Assembly: GCA_052327205.1 (NCBI GenBank)
Contig: CM126205.1
Location: forward strand, 154,070,001-154,134,000
Reading direction: 5' to 3'
DNA length: 64,000 bases
From: Somniosus microcephalus
Taxonomy: Eukaryota
Under the pieces are notes generated by a model that searched no databases, had not been told where the DNA came from, and saw only the letters and a program-made list of their open reading frames with translations. Below are positions 46,669 to 58,458 of the stretch, piece by piece. The position numbers and the translations under genes were made by a program. How positions within the stretch are numbered: position 1 is the stretch's first letter; the number at the start of each line of letters is the position of its first letter.

Positions 46669-48850
46669 GTAAGGGCCCCGCGTGCTCATCTGTGTAAAAG
46701 TAAGGGCCTCGCTAACTCATCTGCAAAGGTAAGGAGTTTGTACACATCTGTGTAAGATAAGGAGCTCGCGCACACATCTTTGTAAGGTAAGGGGCTCGCG
46801 CACACACCTGTAGGGTAAGGAGCTCGCGCACACACCTGTGTAAGGTAAGGAGCTCGCGCACACACCTGTGTAAGGTAAGGAGCTCGCGCTCACATCTGTG
46901 TAAGGTAAGGGGCTCGCGCACACACCTGTAGGGTAAGGAGCGCACGCACACACCTGTGTAAGGTAAGGAGCTCGCGCACACACCTGTGTAAGGTAAGGAG
47001 CTCGCGCTCACATCTGTGTAAGGTAAGGAGCTCGCGCACACACCTGTGTAAGGTAAGGAGCTCGCGCACACACCTGTAAGGTAAGGAGCTCGCGCACACA
47101 CCTGTGTAAGGTAAGGAGCTCGCGCACACACCTGTGTAAGGTAAGGAGCTCGCGCACACACCTGTGTAAGGTAAGGGGCTCGCGCGCACACCTGTAAGGT
47201 AAGGAGCTCGCGCACACACCTGTAAGGTAAGGAGCTCGCGCTCACATCTGTAAGGTAAGGAGCTCGCGCTCACATCTGTAAGGTAAGGGGCTCGCGCGCA
47301 CACCTGTAAGGTAAGGAGCTCGCGCGCACACCTGTAAGGTAAGGAGCTCGCGCACACACCTGTAAGGTAAGGAGCTCGCGCTCACATCTGTAAGGTAAGG
47401 AGCTCGCGCGCACATCTGTGTAAGGTAAGGAGCTCGCGCGCACACCTGTAGGGTAAGGAGCTCGCGCGCACACCTGTAAGGTAAGGAGCTCGCGCTCACA
47501 TCTGTGTAAGGTAAGGAGCTCGCGCGCACATCTGTGTAAGGTAAGGAGCTCGCGTGCACATCTGTGCAAGGTAAGGGGCTCGCGCTCACATCTGTGTAAG
47601 GTAAGGAGCTCGCGCGCACACCTGTAGGGTAAGGAGCTCGCGCGCACACCTGTAAGGTAAGGAGCTCGCGCTCACATCTGTGTAAGGTAAGGAGCTCGCG
47701 CGCACATCTGTGTAAGGTAAGGAGCTCGCGTGCACATCTGTGCAAGGTAAGGGGCTCGCGCTAACATCTGTAAGGTAAGGATCTCGCGCGCACATCTGTG
47801 TAAGGTAAGGAGCTCGCGCGCACATCTGTGTAAGGTAAGGAGCTCGCGCTCACATCTGTGTAAGGTAAGGAGCTCGCGCTCACATCTGTGTACGGTAAGG
47901 AGCTCGCGCTCACATCTGTGTAAGGTAAGGAGCTCGCGCGCACATCTGTGTAAGGTAAGGAGCTCGCGCGCACATCTGTGTAAGGTAAGGGGCTCGCGCA
48001 CACATCTGTGTAAGGTAAGGGGCTCGCGCGCACACCTGTAGGGTAAGGAGCTCGCGCACACACCTGCAAGGTAAGGAGCTCGCGCGCACACCTGTGTAAG
48101 GTAAGGAGCTCGCGCGCAAACCTGTGTAAGGTAAGGGGCTCGCGCTCACATCTGTGTAAGGTAAGGAGCTCGCGCGCACATCTGTGTAAGGTAAGGAGCT
48201 CGCGTGCACATCTGTGCAAGGTAAGGGGCTCGCGCTAACATCTGTAAGGTAAGGATCTCGCGCGCACATCTGTGTAAGGTAAGGAGCTTGCGCTCACATC
48301 TGTGTAAGGTAAGGATCTCGCGCTCACATCTGTGTAAGGTAAGGATCTCGCGCGCACATCTGTGTAAGGTAAGGAGCTCGCGCACACATCTGTGTAAGGT
48401 AAGGAGCTCGCGCACACATCTGTGTAAGGTAAGGAGCTCGCGCTCACATCTGTGTAAGGTAAGGAGCTCGCGCTCACATCTGTGTAAGGTAAGGAGCTCG
48501 CGCTCACATCTGTGTAAGGTTAGGAGCTCGCGCTCACATCTGTGTAAGGTAAGGAGCTCGCGCACACATCTGTGTAAGGTAAGGAGCTCGCGCTCACATC
48601 TGTGTAAGGTAAGGAGCTCGCGCTCACATCTGTGTAAGGTAAGGAGCTCGCGCACACATCTGTGTAAGGTAAGGAGCTCGCGCACACATCTGTGTAAGGT
48701 AAGGGGCTCGCGCTCACACCTGTGTAAGGTAAGGAGCTTGCGCTCACATCTGTGTAAGGTAAGGAGCTCGCGCTCACATCTGTGTAAGGTAAGGAGCTCG
48801 CGCTCACATCTGTGTAAGGTAAGGGCCTCACAGAGCTGTATAAAGGTTAG
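46654..48850 (+). repeat. 28/30-bp minisatellite CACATCTGTGTAAG|GTAAGGAGCTCGCGCT, about 70 units
   Basis: Direct reading; the first unit overlaps the MCM3AP exon end and splice donor. Confidence 0.97.
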
Positions 48851-48947
48851 TCTTTTCAAGGTTGACTTGAAAAGGTTCTGTAACCTAAAAGTTCTTCCCA
48901 AAGTTACATTTGTGTCCCCTATTAGTGATCTGTGGTTTTCTCAACAG

Positions 48948-49206
48948 GTGACCAAAGGCCCTCTGAGTGACACAGACATGGATGCAATGGAACAGCGGAA
49001 GGAGCTGCTGGGAACAACTGCCCTGATCCTCTTGCTACCAGCTCGTGAAGAAGGCACAGACCAGGACGAGGAGAAAGTCTACTGGCTCTCTGCTATGCTT
49101 CACATCAGACAACTCTTGCAAGCTAAACCTTTAAATCCTGCAGTCCCACTGGTCATCCTTGTTCCCAGAGAGGAAAAGGCATTGAATGAGGAAGAGGTGA
49201 TAGAAG
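48948..49206 (+). CDS. MCM3AP: MCM3AP/GANP exon (VTKGPLSD...VYWLSAMLHIRQLLQAKPLNPAVPLVILVP...)
   Basis: ttttctcaacAG/GTgaga; matches human [30 protein letters not shown]; phase 0-1. Confidence 0.95.
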
Positions 49207-49537
49207 GTGAGATCTGGAGTCAACCTTTACGACTGCCGTGCAATAGTAAAGGCTGGAAACTTGGAAATGTTGTTCATTTTTAAATTGAAGTTTTTGCCTT
49301 GAGTTTTTAGATAATGCAGGTATGTCTAACAATTGTAAACATGAGAAATTCTCTCGCCAATATATTTAAAACACAATTTAACACAATGAAATGAAACTGT
49401 GTTCAGCCAGCATGTTTGGTTTACAGTAATTGATTGCTGCTATTACAGTCACTCTTGTCAGATTCAAGCTAGAACTTATTTGTAAGATCCGCTGATTGCT
49501 GTAAATGGCATGCATCTTGATAAAACCTTAGTACGAT

Positions 49538-49735
49538 AGCAAAATACTGCAGATGCTGGAAATCCGAAAATAAAAACAGAAAATGCTGGAAAAATTCAGC
49601 AGGCCAGGCAACATCCGTGGAGAGAAAATAGAGTCAACGTTTGAGTCTTGACAAAGGGTTTGACCCGAAACGTTGACTCTATTTTCTCTCCACAGATGTT
49701 GCCTGGCCTGCTGAGTTTTTCCAGCATTTTCTGTT
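49538..49735. mobile_element. Penelope-derived foldback repeat
   Basis: About 65-bp inverted arms (AACAGAAAATGCTGG...GAGTCAACGTTT / AAACGTTGACTC...CCAGCATTTTCTGTT) around a degenerate hammerhead core TGACAAAGGGTTTGACCCGAAA. Confidence 0.65.
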
Positions 49736-50074
49736 GATAAAACCTTATCTTGTCCCACCTCCCGTTCTTTGTAAATATACTGTCTGCCTTTGTACATCTA
49801 GTATTTAGAATCTAGTGTAGGGCATGCACTTTCTTCCACAAGCCTTGAGTCCTGTTGCAATTTTTGGCCAACATTTACCATTGTGACTTGCTGTCAACTC
49901 TTCCCATTCAATTTGTTACTGGTTACACTGTAGTTGCGTGCTCTGGCCACTGGAGGCTCGGTTCAAGTTTCTGAACTTCCGCGAACAGCTCGTCAACAGA
50001 CTGGGCAATTTATGAATAACTAGCTGAAGTGCCCGGCGGTGCCGAGGCTTTTTCGAGGGCATGTTGTTGTTGGA

Positions 50075-50348
50075 AGAGAGAGAGAGAGAGCGACTGGGGC
50101 GGGGGGGGGGGAGAGAAAAGAGAGAGAGAGCGCGACTGGGGGGGAAGAGAGAGCGCGACTGGGGGGTAGAGAGAGCGACTGGGTGGGAAGAGAGAGAGCA
50201 GGTGGAGGGGAGGGGCGGGGGGGGGGAGGGGCGGGAGAGGGAGGGAGGGGGAGGGGAAGGGAGGGGGGGGGAAGGGAAGGGAGGGGGGAGGGGAGGGGAG
50301 GGGGGGGAAAGGAAGGAAGGGGGGGGAAGGGAGGGGGGGGGGGGAGAG
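50075..50348. repeat. GA/G-rich low-complexity minisatellite running into the gap
   Basis: GAGAGAGCGACTGGGGGG units, then GGAGGG runs. Confidence 0.9.
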
Positions 50349-50848
50349 NNNNNNNNNNNNNNNNNNNNNNNNNNNNNNNNNNNNNNNNNNNNNNNNNNNN
50401 NNNNNNNNNNNNNNNNNNNNNNNNNNNNNNNNNNNNNNNNNNNNNNNNNNNNNNNNNNNNNNNNNNNNNNNNNNNNNNNNNNNNNNNNNNNNNNNNNNNN
50501 NNNNNNNNNNNNNNNNNNNNNNNNNNNNNNNNNNNNNNNNNNNNNNNNNNNNNNNNNNNNNNNNNNNNNNNNNNNNNNNNNNNNNNNNNNNNNNNNNNNN
50601 NNNNNNNNNNNNNNNNNNNNNNNNNNNNNNNNNNNNNNNNNNNNNNNNNNNNNNNNNNNNNNNNNNNNNNNNNNNNNNNNNNNNNNNNNNNNNNNNNNNN
50701 NNNNNNNNNNNNNNNNNNNNNNNNNNNNNNNNNNNNNNNNNNNNNNNNNNNNNNNNNNNNNNNNNNNNNNNNNNNNNNNNNNNNNNNNNNNNNNNNNNNN
50801 NNNNNNNNNNNNNNNNNNNNNNNNNNNNNNNNNNNNNNNNNNNNNNNN
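50349..50848. other. Assembly gap (500 N)
   Basis: Run of exactly 500 n. Confidence 1.
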
Positions 50849-53800
50849 CCCCCGCCTCTTCCTCTTCGCTCCCCCCGCCTCTTCTCTCCCCCCGCCTCTT
50901 CTCTCTCTCCCCCCCCGCCTCTTCTCTCCCCCCGCCTCTTCTCTCCCCCCCGCCTCTTCTCTCCCGCCTCCCCCGCCTCTTCTCTCCCCCCCGCCTCTTC
51001 TCTCCCCCCGCCTCTTCTCTCCCCCCCGCCTCTTCTCTCCCCCCCCGCCTCTTCTCTCCCCCCCGCCTCTTCTCTCCCCCCCGCCTCTTCTCTCCCCCCC
51101 GCCTCTTCTCTCCCCCCCGCCTCTTCTCTCCCCCCCCGCCTCTTCTCTCCCCCCCGCCTCTTCTCTCCCCCCCGCCTCTTCTCTCCCCCCCGCCTCTTCT
51201 CTCCCCCCCGCCTCTTCTCTCCCCCCCGCCTCTTCTCTCCCCCCCGCCTCTTCTCTCCCCCCCGCCTCTTCTCTCCCCCCCGCCTCTTCTCTCCCGCCCC
51301 CCCGCCTCTTCTCTCCCCCCCGCCTCTTCTCTCCCCCCCGCCTCTTCTCTCCCCCCCGCCTCTTCTCTCCCCCCCGCCTCTTCTCTCCCCCCCGCCTCTT
51401 CTCTCCCCCCCCGCCTCTTCTCTCCCCCCCGCCTCTTCTCTCCCCCCCGCCTCTTCTCTCCCCCCCGCCTCTTCTCTCCCCCCCGCCTCTTCTCTCCCCC
51501 CCCGCCTCTTCTCTCCCCCCCGCCTCTTCTCTCCCCCCCGCCTCTTCTCTCCCCCCCGCCTCTTCTCTCCCCCCCGCCTCTTCTCTCCCCCCCGCCTCTT
51601 CTCTCCCCCCCGCCTCTTCTCTCCCCCCCGCCTCTTCTCTCCCCCCCGCCTCTTCTCTCCCCCCCGCCTCTTCTCTCCCCCCCGCCTCTTCTCTCCCCCC
51701 CGCCTCTTCTCTCCCCCCCGCCTCTTCTCTCCCCCCCGCCTCTTCTCTCCCCCCCGCCTCTTCTCTCCCCCCCGCCTCTTCTCTCCCCCCCGCCTCTTCT
51801 CTCCCCCCCGCCTCTTCTCTCCCCCCCGCCTCTTCTCTCCCCCCGCCTCTTCTCTCCCCCCCGCCTCTTCTCTCCCCCCCGCCTCTTCTCTCCCCCCCGC
51901 CTCTTCTCTCCCCCCCGCCTCTTCTCTCCCCCCCGCCTCTTCTCTCCCCCCGCCTCTTCTCTCCCCCCCGCCTCTTCTCTCTCCCCCCCCGCCTCTTCTC
52001 TCCCCCCCGCCTCTTCTCTCCCCCCCCGCCTCTTCTCTCCCCCCCGCCTCTTCTCTCCCCCCCGCCTCTTCTCTCCCCCCCGCCTCTTCTCTCCCCCCCG
52101 CCTCTTCTCTCCCCCCCGCCTCTTCTCTCCCCCCCGCCTCTTCTCTCCCCCCCGCCTCTTCTCTCCCCCCCCGCCTCTTCTCTCCCCCCCCGCCTCTTCT
52201 CTCCCCCCCGCCTCTTCTCTCCCCCCCGCCTCTTCTCTCCCCCCCGCCTCTTCTCTCCCCCCCGCCTCTTCTCTCCCCCCCGCCTCTTCTCTCCCCCCCG
52301 CCTCTTCTCTCCCCCCCGCCTCTTCTCTCCCCCCCGCCTCTTCTCTCCCCCCCCGCCTCTTCTCTCCCCCCCGCCTCTTCTCTCCCCCCCGCCTCTTCTC
52401 TCCCCCCCGCCTCTTCTCTCCCCCCCGCCTCTTCTCTCCCCCCCGCCTCTTCTCTCCCCCCGCCTCTTCTCTCCCCCCCGCCTCTTCTCTCCCCCCCGCC
52501 TCTTCTCTCCCCCCCGCCTCTTCTCTCCCCCCCGCCTCTTCTCTCCCCCCCGCCTCTTCTCTCCCCCCCGCCTCTTCTCTCCCCCCCGCCTCTTCTCTCC
52601 CCCCCCGCCTCTTCTCTCCCCCCCGCCTCTTCTCTCCCCCCCGCCTCTTCTCTCCCCCCCCGCCTCTTCTCTCCCCCCCGCCTCTTCTCTCCCCCCCGCC
52701 TCTTCTCTCCCCCCCGCCTCTTCTCTCCCCCCCGCCTCTTCTCTCCCCCCCGCCTCTTCTCTCCCCCCCGCCTCTTCTCTCCCCCCCGCCTCTTCTCTCC
52801 CCCCCGCCTCTTCTCTCCCCCCCGCCTCTTCTCTCCCCCCCGCCTCTTCTCTCCCCCCCGCCTCTTCTCTCCCCCCCGCCTCTTCTCTCCCCCCCGCCTC
52901 TTCTCTCCCCCCCGCCTCTTCTCTCCCCCCCGCCTCTTCTCTCCCCCCCGCCTCTTCTCTCCCCCCCGCCTCTTCTCTCCCCCCCCGCCTCTTCTCTCCC
53001 CCCCGCCTCTTCTCTCCCCCCCGCCTCTTCTCTCCCCCCCGCCTCTTCTCTCCCCCCCGCCTCTTCTCTCCCCCCCGCCTCTTCTCTCCCCCCCGCCTCT
53101 TCTCTCCCCCCCCCGCCTCTTCTCCCCCGCTTTCTCTCCCCCCCGCCTCTTCTCTCCCCCCCCGCCTCTTCTCTCCCCCCCGCCTCTTCTCTCCCCCCCG
53201 CCTCTTCTCTCCCCCCCGCCTCTTCTCTCCCCCCCGCCTCTTCTCTCCCCCCCGCCTCTTCTCTCCCCCCCGCCTCTTCTCTCCCCCCCGCCTCTTCTCT
53301 CCCCCCCGCCTCTTCTCTCCCCCCGCCTCTTCTCTCCCCCCCCGCCTCTTCTCTCCCCCCCGCCTCTTCTCTCCCCCCCGCCTCTTCTCTCCCCCCGCCT
53401 CTTCTCTCCCCCCGCCTCTTCTCTCCCCCCGCCTCTTCTCTCCCCCCCGCCTCTTCTCTCCCCCCCGCCTCTTCTCTCCCCCCCGCCTCTTCTCTCCCCC
53501 CCGCCTCTTCTCTCCCCCCCGCCTCTTCTCTCCCCCCCGCCTCTTCTCTCCCCCCCGCCTCTCTTCTCTCCCCCCCGCCTCTTCTCTCCCCCCCCGCCTC
53601 TTCTCTCCCCCCCGCCTCTTCTCTCCCCCCCGCCTCTTCTCTCCCCCCCGCCTCTTCTCTCCCCCCCGCCTCTTCTCTCCCCCCCGCCTCTTCTCGCTCT
53701 CCCCCCCGCCTCTTCTCTCCCCCCCGCCTCTTCTCTCCCCCCCGCTCTTCTCTCCCCCCCGCCTCTTCTCTCCCCCCCCCGCCTCTTCTCTCCCCCCCCC

Positions 53801-55062
53801 GCCTCTTCTCTCCCCCCCCCCGCCTCTTCTCTCCCCCCCCCCCCCCGCCTCTTCTCTCCCCCCCCCCCCCCCGCCTCTTCTCTCCCGCCCCCCCCCCCCC
53901 GTACCCTCTCACTCCCCGCCCCCTCTACGCTGGGAATTGTGCTATGACCCTCAATCACATCATCTGACATGTTGTTTTTATTTCTGGTTTTTATTTTCCC
54001 CTTCTTGCTTTGCTCCATTGTGGCATCCTTTTTTTTGTTTATCCTGATGGAGTCTCATTCTAAACATTAACCAATCTTTCTCTTTCTGGTATAACAACAG
54101 AAAACGCTGGAAAAACTCAGCATCCCTTTTGTTCTTTCATCTCCTCCCCCTTTTCCCAGCCCCTAAACTTGCTTTCCATTTTGTGCTTTTTTCCAGTTCC
54201 GACGAAGGGTCATCGACCTGAAACGTTAACCCTGTTTCTCTCTCCACGGATGCTGCCTGGCCTGCTGAGTGTTTCCAGCGTTTTCTGTTGTTATTTCGGA
54301 TTTCCAGCATCTGCAGTATTTTGCTATTGTATTTCTCTTTCTGGTGCTGAGTCACCTGTTTGATGTTGTTTATTTCCCTTTGGGTTCTCTTGTTCCATCT
54401 ATTCTTTACAGAAGCTAACATTATTTCTTGCTGTTTGAGTTTAAATGCTCTCTGTCCCATGATCCCCTAATGGATTCACTGCCTGTAAGGGCGTGTCAGT
54501 TTCTCGATAATGGAACAGGATTTTACCCATACTCCTTTGCCAGAGTTGACATCATTCTATAATCACTGCGAATTACACTGTGACAGAGCAGCCTGGGGGC
54601 AACTTTAAGGTCGGGGTGAACTGTCAAGGTCAATTTTATAGAGCTTTATTGCAGCAAATAATTGCAAGACATATTTTGAAATTGTATTTTACTTTGGTAC
54701 ACTGAGCAGCATCCCAACCACTGGAGTACTGTGCTCAGAGGGCTTCAGTTGGAATCCTACCCCAGATGCACACTTGCAGCCTGCTACTTTGTAGGTTGAT
54801 ATAGTTAAATCTTGAGGAGGCTAAAGAGGACAGCATTGCGATGCAAATGTTAGAGGCATAAGTATTAACAATTTGACCTCCTGACACCATCTTCTAGATG
54901 TGTTGAAAACTTCCATTGTGTGGTGTTTCCTGAAATGTGTCCACAGCTGCTAATGACCAGGCTATAATGTTGGCCCTGATGCAGAGTGCAGCTTGGTATG
55001 ATGTGATGAGAAAATGCATGAACGAGCTGTGACAGATGGGTTTTTTTTCTGCTGTGTTGCAG

Positions 55063-55131
55063 GTTGCTGCAGAGGAGGAAGGAGACAGCTCATCAAATGA
55101 GAGTTCAGAATTTCTACCAGCAGCTCCTCTG
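55063..55131 (+). CDS. MCM3AP: Duplicate copy of MCM3AP exon 32824-32892 (probably the alternate haplotype)
   Basis: Same sequence and splice sites at offset 22239, downstream of the N gap. Confidence 0.75.
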
Positions 55132-58100
55132 GTACAGGAACTCGTTTGTGAAATTTTGTGGCGTAGATTCAGTTGCAGACACCATTGACATTCTCACCTT
55201 TCACAAAGGATAGTCATTGCTCTGTTTATTTAGGCTGTTGAGTTACAGTCCCCACCACCTATACCGTCGCCGTTTATCCAGGACAGCCATCTATATAACT
55301 GGCAAATGTTGCTGACCACTTGCTATTAGAATAGGCATCAATTATAAAGGTGTCGCTTAAACTGCATTAAGACGACCAACTATTTCAGGCAGGTCAAACA
55401 GCTCTTCGGGGTCCTCTTCTATCCGCCCCTGTTCACTGGTGTACACCTCGCAGCACTGGTTTTAATGGTTCTTTTACTTGTTCATGGGATGTGGACGTCG
55501 CTGGCAAGGCCAGCATTTATTGCCAATCCCTAATTGCCCTTGAGAAGGTGGTGGTGAGCCACCTTCTTGAACTGCTGCAGTCCTTGCGGTGAAGGTACTC
55601 CCACAGTGCTGTTAGGGAGGGAGTTCCAGGATTTGGACCCAGTGACGATGAAGGATCGGCGATATATTTCCAAGTCAGGATGGTGTGTGACTTGGAGGGG
55701 ACCTTGGAAGTGATGGTGTTCCCATGCGCCTGCTGCCCTTGTCCTTCTAGGTGGAAGAGGTCGTGGGTTTGGGAGGTGCTACCGAAGAAGCCTTGGCGAG
55801 TTGCTGCAGTGCATCTTGGAGATGGTACACACTGCAACCATGGTATGCCGGTGGTGGAGGGAGTGAATGTTTAAGGTGGTAGATGGGGTGCCAATCAAGC
55901 GGGCTGCTTTGTCCTGGATGGTGTGAATACCCAGCCTCTGAGCTGCTCTTGTAGCCACAGTATTTGTATGGCTGGTCCAGTTAAGTTTTTGGTCAGTGGT
56001 GACCCCCAGGATGTTGATGGTGGGGGATTCAGCGATGGTAACGCCATGAAATGTCATGGGGAGGTGGTTAGACTCTCTCTTTGGAGATAGTCATTGCCTG
56101 GCACTTGTGTGGCGTGAATGTTACCTGCAACTTATCAGCCCAAGCCTGAATGTCGTCCAGGTCTTGCTGCATGTGGGCATGAACTGCTTCATTATCTGAG
56201 GAGTTGCAAATGGGAATAATATAATGTATTTGAATCAGTCCCTTATTAAGTGTTAATTTCTGAAACGCATTCACAAATGAGGTGGCAATGTTTCCGGAAC
56301 TTTGAAATTGACCAGGGCAGTTTGTAGGTAGCAACCTCTACAGTCTAACTGTTACTTTCGGAGGAGCTGATGATTATACGAACAAAGAAATATATAAATT
56401 TAGCCATTTGCACTGTTGTAATGTATTTGTAAGAAGTCACACAACACCAGGTTATAGTCCAACAGCTTTATTTGAAATCACAAGCTTTCAGAGCGCTGCT
56501 CCTTCGTCAGGTGAAGTGGAGAAATGCATAAAGACACAGCTTATATAGTCAGAGAATCATGTCAGATGTTTACAGGTAATGTTTCCAACTGCCATTTATC
56601 ACACCTCGGCAGAGAGATAATCACAGCAATCAAAGGGGTGAATGGTGTCCAAACAGGTCAGTCAGGAAAACATTACATCAAAGAACAATGAGGTTGGGTC
56701 ACAAGGGGTCAAATATTGCAGATGCTGGGGTCTGTATGAAAAACAAAAAAAACAGACAAAAAACATTTTTTTTTGTTGCTGGAAATCACAGCAGGTCCGG
56801 CCGCATCTGTGTAGAGAGAACAAGCCAATGTCGACTCGAGTCATCCAGTACTTTCCCGGAGCGGAGAAACTACGCCATGTTCTTCGCAGCCTTCAACATG
56901 TCATTGATGACGACGAACACCTCGCTAAGCCATCCCCACGCCTCCACTACTCGCTTTCAAACAGCCGCCTAACCTCAAACAGACCATCGTTCGCAGCAAA
57001 TTACCCAGCTTTCAGGAGAACAGCGACCACGACACCACACAACCCTGCCACAGCAACCTCTGCAAGACATGCCAGATCATCAACACAGATACCATCATCA
57101 CACGTGAGGACACCACCCACCAGGTACATGGTACATACTCATGTGACTCGGCCAACGTTGTCTACCTCATACGTTGCAGGAAAGGATGCCCCGGAGCATG
57201 GTACATCGGCGAGACCATGCAGACACTGCGACAACGGATGAACGGACACCGTGCAACAATCACCAGGCAGGAGTGTTCCCTCCCAGTCGGGGAACACTTC
57301 AGCAGTCAAGGACATTCAGCCTCCGATCTTCAGGTAAGCATTCTCCAAGGCGGCCTTCGAGACACACGACAACGCAAAATCGTCGAGCAGAAACTGATAG
57401 CCAAGTTCCGCACCCATGAGGACGGCCTCAACCGAGATCTTGGGTTCATGTCACGCTACATGTAACCCCACCTGACGCAGGGTCATCCAGACTCGAGTCG
57501 ACATTGGCTTGTTCTCTCTACACAGATGCGGCCGGACCTGCTGTGATTTCCAGCAACAAAAAAAAATGTTTTTTGTCTGTTTTTTTTGTTTTTCATACAG
57601 ACCCCAGCATCTGCAATATTTGACCCCTTGTGACCCAACCTCATTGTTCTTTGATGTAATGTTTTCCTGACTGACCTGTTTGGACACCATTCACCCCTTT
57701 GATTGCTGTGATTATCTCTCTGCCGAGGTGTGATAAATGGCAGTTGGAAACATTACCTGTAAACATCTGACATGATTCTCTGACTATATAAGCTGTGTCT
57801 TTATGCATTTCTCCACTTCACCTGACGAAGGAGCAGCGCTCTGAAAGCTTGTGATTTCAAATAAAGCTGTTGGACTATAACCTGGTTTTGTGTGACTTCT
57901 TACATTTGTCCACCCCAGTCCAACTCCGGCATCTCCACACATAATGTATTTGAATCACCCTGTTATTAAATATTAAGTTCTGAAAGACATTCACAAACAC
58001 AGCGGCAGCAATTCAGGAGCTTTGAAATTGACCAGGACAGGGCTTTAGAGGACATTACTTTTGAACAGTGTGATTTTAATTTTATTAACTCTACCACGTT

Positions 58101-58323
58101 GTACCAGCCGTCATGTATCGTGGGCACATTGCATTTGCATGGACATGCGGTTTAAAGTGGTGGGGACTATAAATAGCTGAAAGGATCTTTTGTCCAGATG
58201 GAGTCAATGGGCAGTGCACTTTGTTGTATATGATTTAAGGGCCGCTAATGTTTGTTGTATATGATGCCCATGAGGCAAGATACAGCAGTTATTCCTAAAT
58301 TTGAATTCTAATTTATCTTTTAG

Positions 58324-58458
58324 TGAAGCTGCCTGGACTCCTTTGGATTTGTTCACATTGGTTGCAGATAGCTTCCCAACTCGTCAGGAGAAAATCTTCT
58401 GGAAGGTTGTTCTACTGTTGCCAAGTGATGAAGAATATGGACTTAGTGACAGCAACAG
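58324..58458 (+). CDS. MCM3AP: Duplicate copy of MCM3AP exon 36037-36171 (probably the alternate haplotype)
   Basis: Same sequence and splice sites at offset 22287. Confidence 0.75.

Noticed and set aside
46654-48850. CRISPR-like array
   Set aside because: Units are contiguous with no unique spacers, no cas genes are present, and the context is a eukaryotic intron.
48288-49283. 331-aa ORF (RSHLCKVRSS)n fused to GANP sequence
   Set aside because: 30-bp units happen to be in frame with the next exon; it has a non-ATG start and a normal acceptor exists at 48947.
50010-54047. ~1300-aa ORFs
   Set aside because: Same minisatellite, and they read through 500 Ns.
55063-58458. Second MCM3AP paralog or mutually exclusive exons
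   Set aside because: Introns and TEs are near-identical, the block abuts a gap, and phase is incompatible with tandem inclusion; assembly artefact is more likely.
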